Notes under the pieces: model-generated | Database searches by the model: none | The model's input: the letters and a program-made list of their open reading frames with translations, nothing else | What the model was told of the DNA's origin: nothing | NCBI GenBank assembly: GCA_041398085.1 | Contig: JAWKVJ010000005.1 | Span: forward strand, 21,383 to 85,382 | Origin: Parvularculaceae bacterium | GTDB lineage: Bacteria > Pseudomonadota > Alphaproteobacteria > Caulobacterales > Parvularculaceae | Direction: 5' to 3' | Length of the DNA: 64,000 bases | In this document: piece after piece, positions 60,866-64,000 of the stretch | Position numbering within the stretch: the first letter of the stretch is position 1 | Layout: each line of letters begins with the position of its first letter | Position numbers and translations under genes: made by a program

Positions 60866-61245
60866 TGTCATTCCGGAATTCGCCAACGGCGAACATCCGG
60901 AATCCATTTTTCCAGCAGGAAAAGAAAGTAAGATGGATTCCGGGTTCCTCGCTCCGCTCGCCCCCGGAATGACAGGGAAGGTTGGGCGTAAAACTAACGA
61001 TTGTCATTCCGGGGCGGCGAAGCCGAACCCGGGGTCCATGGCTCCTCCCGCCGCATTTCCTGTCATCCCGGAATTCGCTGCAAGCGAATATCCGGGATCC
61101 AAAAGCCCGTCTGAATTTTGCACCAATGCTCGAAGATGGATACCGGGTTCGGCGCTACGCGCCGCCCCGGAATGACAGGAGAGGTTGAGCGCAACACCAG
61201 TGTTGTCATTCCGGGACGCGACAAAGTCGCGGACCCGGAATCCAT
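60866..61245. repeat. Right array of six TGTC-tagged REP-like hairpins (F,R,F,F,R,F)
   Basis: Copies at 60866-60907, 60933-60974 (reverse), 61002-61039, 61061-61102, 61136-61177 (reverse), 61204-61245. Confidence 0.95.
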
Positions 61246-61271
61246 GCGCGATGATTCAATAAATGTAGCTT

Positions 61272-61958
61272 CTACCAATAGGCCTCAATAAATTCGACAA
61301 CCTTTGCCTCAAATTCTCCGTCTGGTTTTCCAAAACGGAATACTCTTTCTGCGTCCACCTTACTCCTTATCGGAGTAGGCGTGTCTTTCTCACCTCGGGC
61401 ATACTCGAACAATGTTTCGATATGTGCACGGAGTTCTTCGATTTCGAATGCGCGAAGGGCGTACGCTTTTTGGTCATTTATATTTCCAATATGGGATGCG
61501 GAGCTAACAGTGTCTATGGAGTTCTTGAGTCGTATGTGCGCGACTTGTAATTTATTCAATATTTCGGACGATGATTTCGATACATCGCCTTGCAAAGATT
61601 CCTCAACCGCGGACGCAAGCACTTCAATTGCTTTTCCTGGCAGGTTAGGCGCGGTTAACGATGGGGGAGAGTTTTTGTATTTCTCATAGTTGCAATAAAT
61701 CAATTTGCAGATGGAGTATGACTCCAAGCAATAATCTACCAAATCACTCAACGCGAGCGGCAATCTCGCCCTGCTTGCGCGGTCTCTTCGTTCCTGTGCA
61801 TCTAACCATTGGCGCTCTTGAATTTTGATCTGTCGCCGCAACACGCATACGGTTGCACCGGCACCAATCAGCGCCAAAACTCCTGCGACCAAGGCTTGCT
61901 CTTGGTGCATCCAATCCAAGATTACTGATAGCCAAGTCGGCAACCATTCAGGCTGCAT
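61272..61958 (-). CDS. Low-GC hypothetical protein with an N-terminal TM helix
   Basis: 228-aa ORF starting 3 nt after the thiC stop; QALVAGVLALIGAGATVCVLRRQI; AT-rich codons. Confidence 0.7.
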   Translation of the reverse strand: MQPEWLPTWLSVILDWMHQEQALVAGVLALIGAGATVCVLRRQIKIQERQWLDAQERRDRASRARLPLALSDLVDYCLESYSICKLIYCNYEKYKNSPPSLTAPNLPGKAIEVLASAVEESLQGDVSKSSSEILNKLQVAHIRLKNSIDTVSSASHIGNINDQKAYALRAFEIEELRAHIETLFEYARGEKDTPTPIRSKVDAERVFRFGKPDGEFEAKVVEFIEAYW

Positions 61959-61961
61959 CGA

Positions 61962-64000
<2,039 letters not shown>

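Noticed and set aside
60287-61245. CRISPR array interpretation of the repeats
   Set aside because: Copies occur in both orientations, vary internally, have related spacers, and no cas genes are present.
60195-61278. Short ORFs crossing the hairpin array (e.g. 60199-60390, 60391-60633, 60933-61175)
   Set aside because: They are translations of the repeats (VIPG, SFRNSP, MDSG recur), with no independent coding evidence.

Overview
GC-rich alphaproteobacterial chromosome segment; gene content and CtrA-like boxes suggest a Caulobacterales/Parvularculaceae-like organism (inference). Most of it is housekeeping: a leucine catabolism (liu) operon with a frameshifted GNAT gene and an AT-richer TonB-C gene inside it, a DivJ/PleC-type kinase, sufE, a stand-alone DnaA domain IV protein, a 10-gene Mrp/Mnh antiporter operon, an orphan ParA with an RHH-like partner, a csoR-copAB copper locus, rpsT-dnaA-dnaN-recF-gyrB with a very divergent DnaA, mutM, rpsA, cmk, aroA, tRNA-Ala(GGC), rfbD, two Asp/Ala heptad-repeat lipoproteins, and thiC with a TPP riboswitch. 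Accessory DNA is a TIR-TM-TPR gene with a small partner (40.8-43.4 kb) and a hotspot at 56.8-62.0 kb. The hotspot holds a complete 3311-bp IS1595-family element (24-bp TIRs, 8-bp target duplication) carrying an AAA+ ATPase and a HEPN-like gene. It is followed by the best candidate for an undescribed system: a lone GIY-YIG nuclease gene inside an ordered array of ten TGTC-tagged REP-like hairpins arranged (A-B-C)x3-A. All calls come from reading the sequence and recalling motifs; no searches were run.
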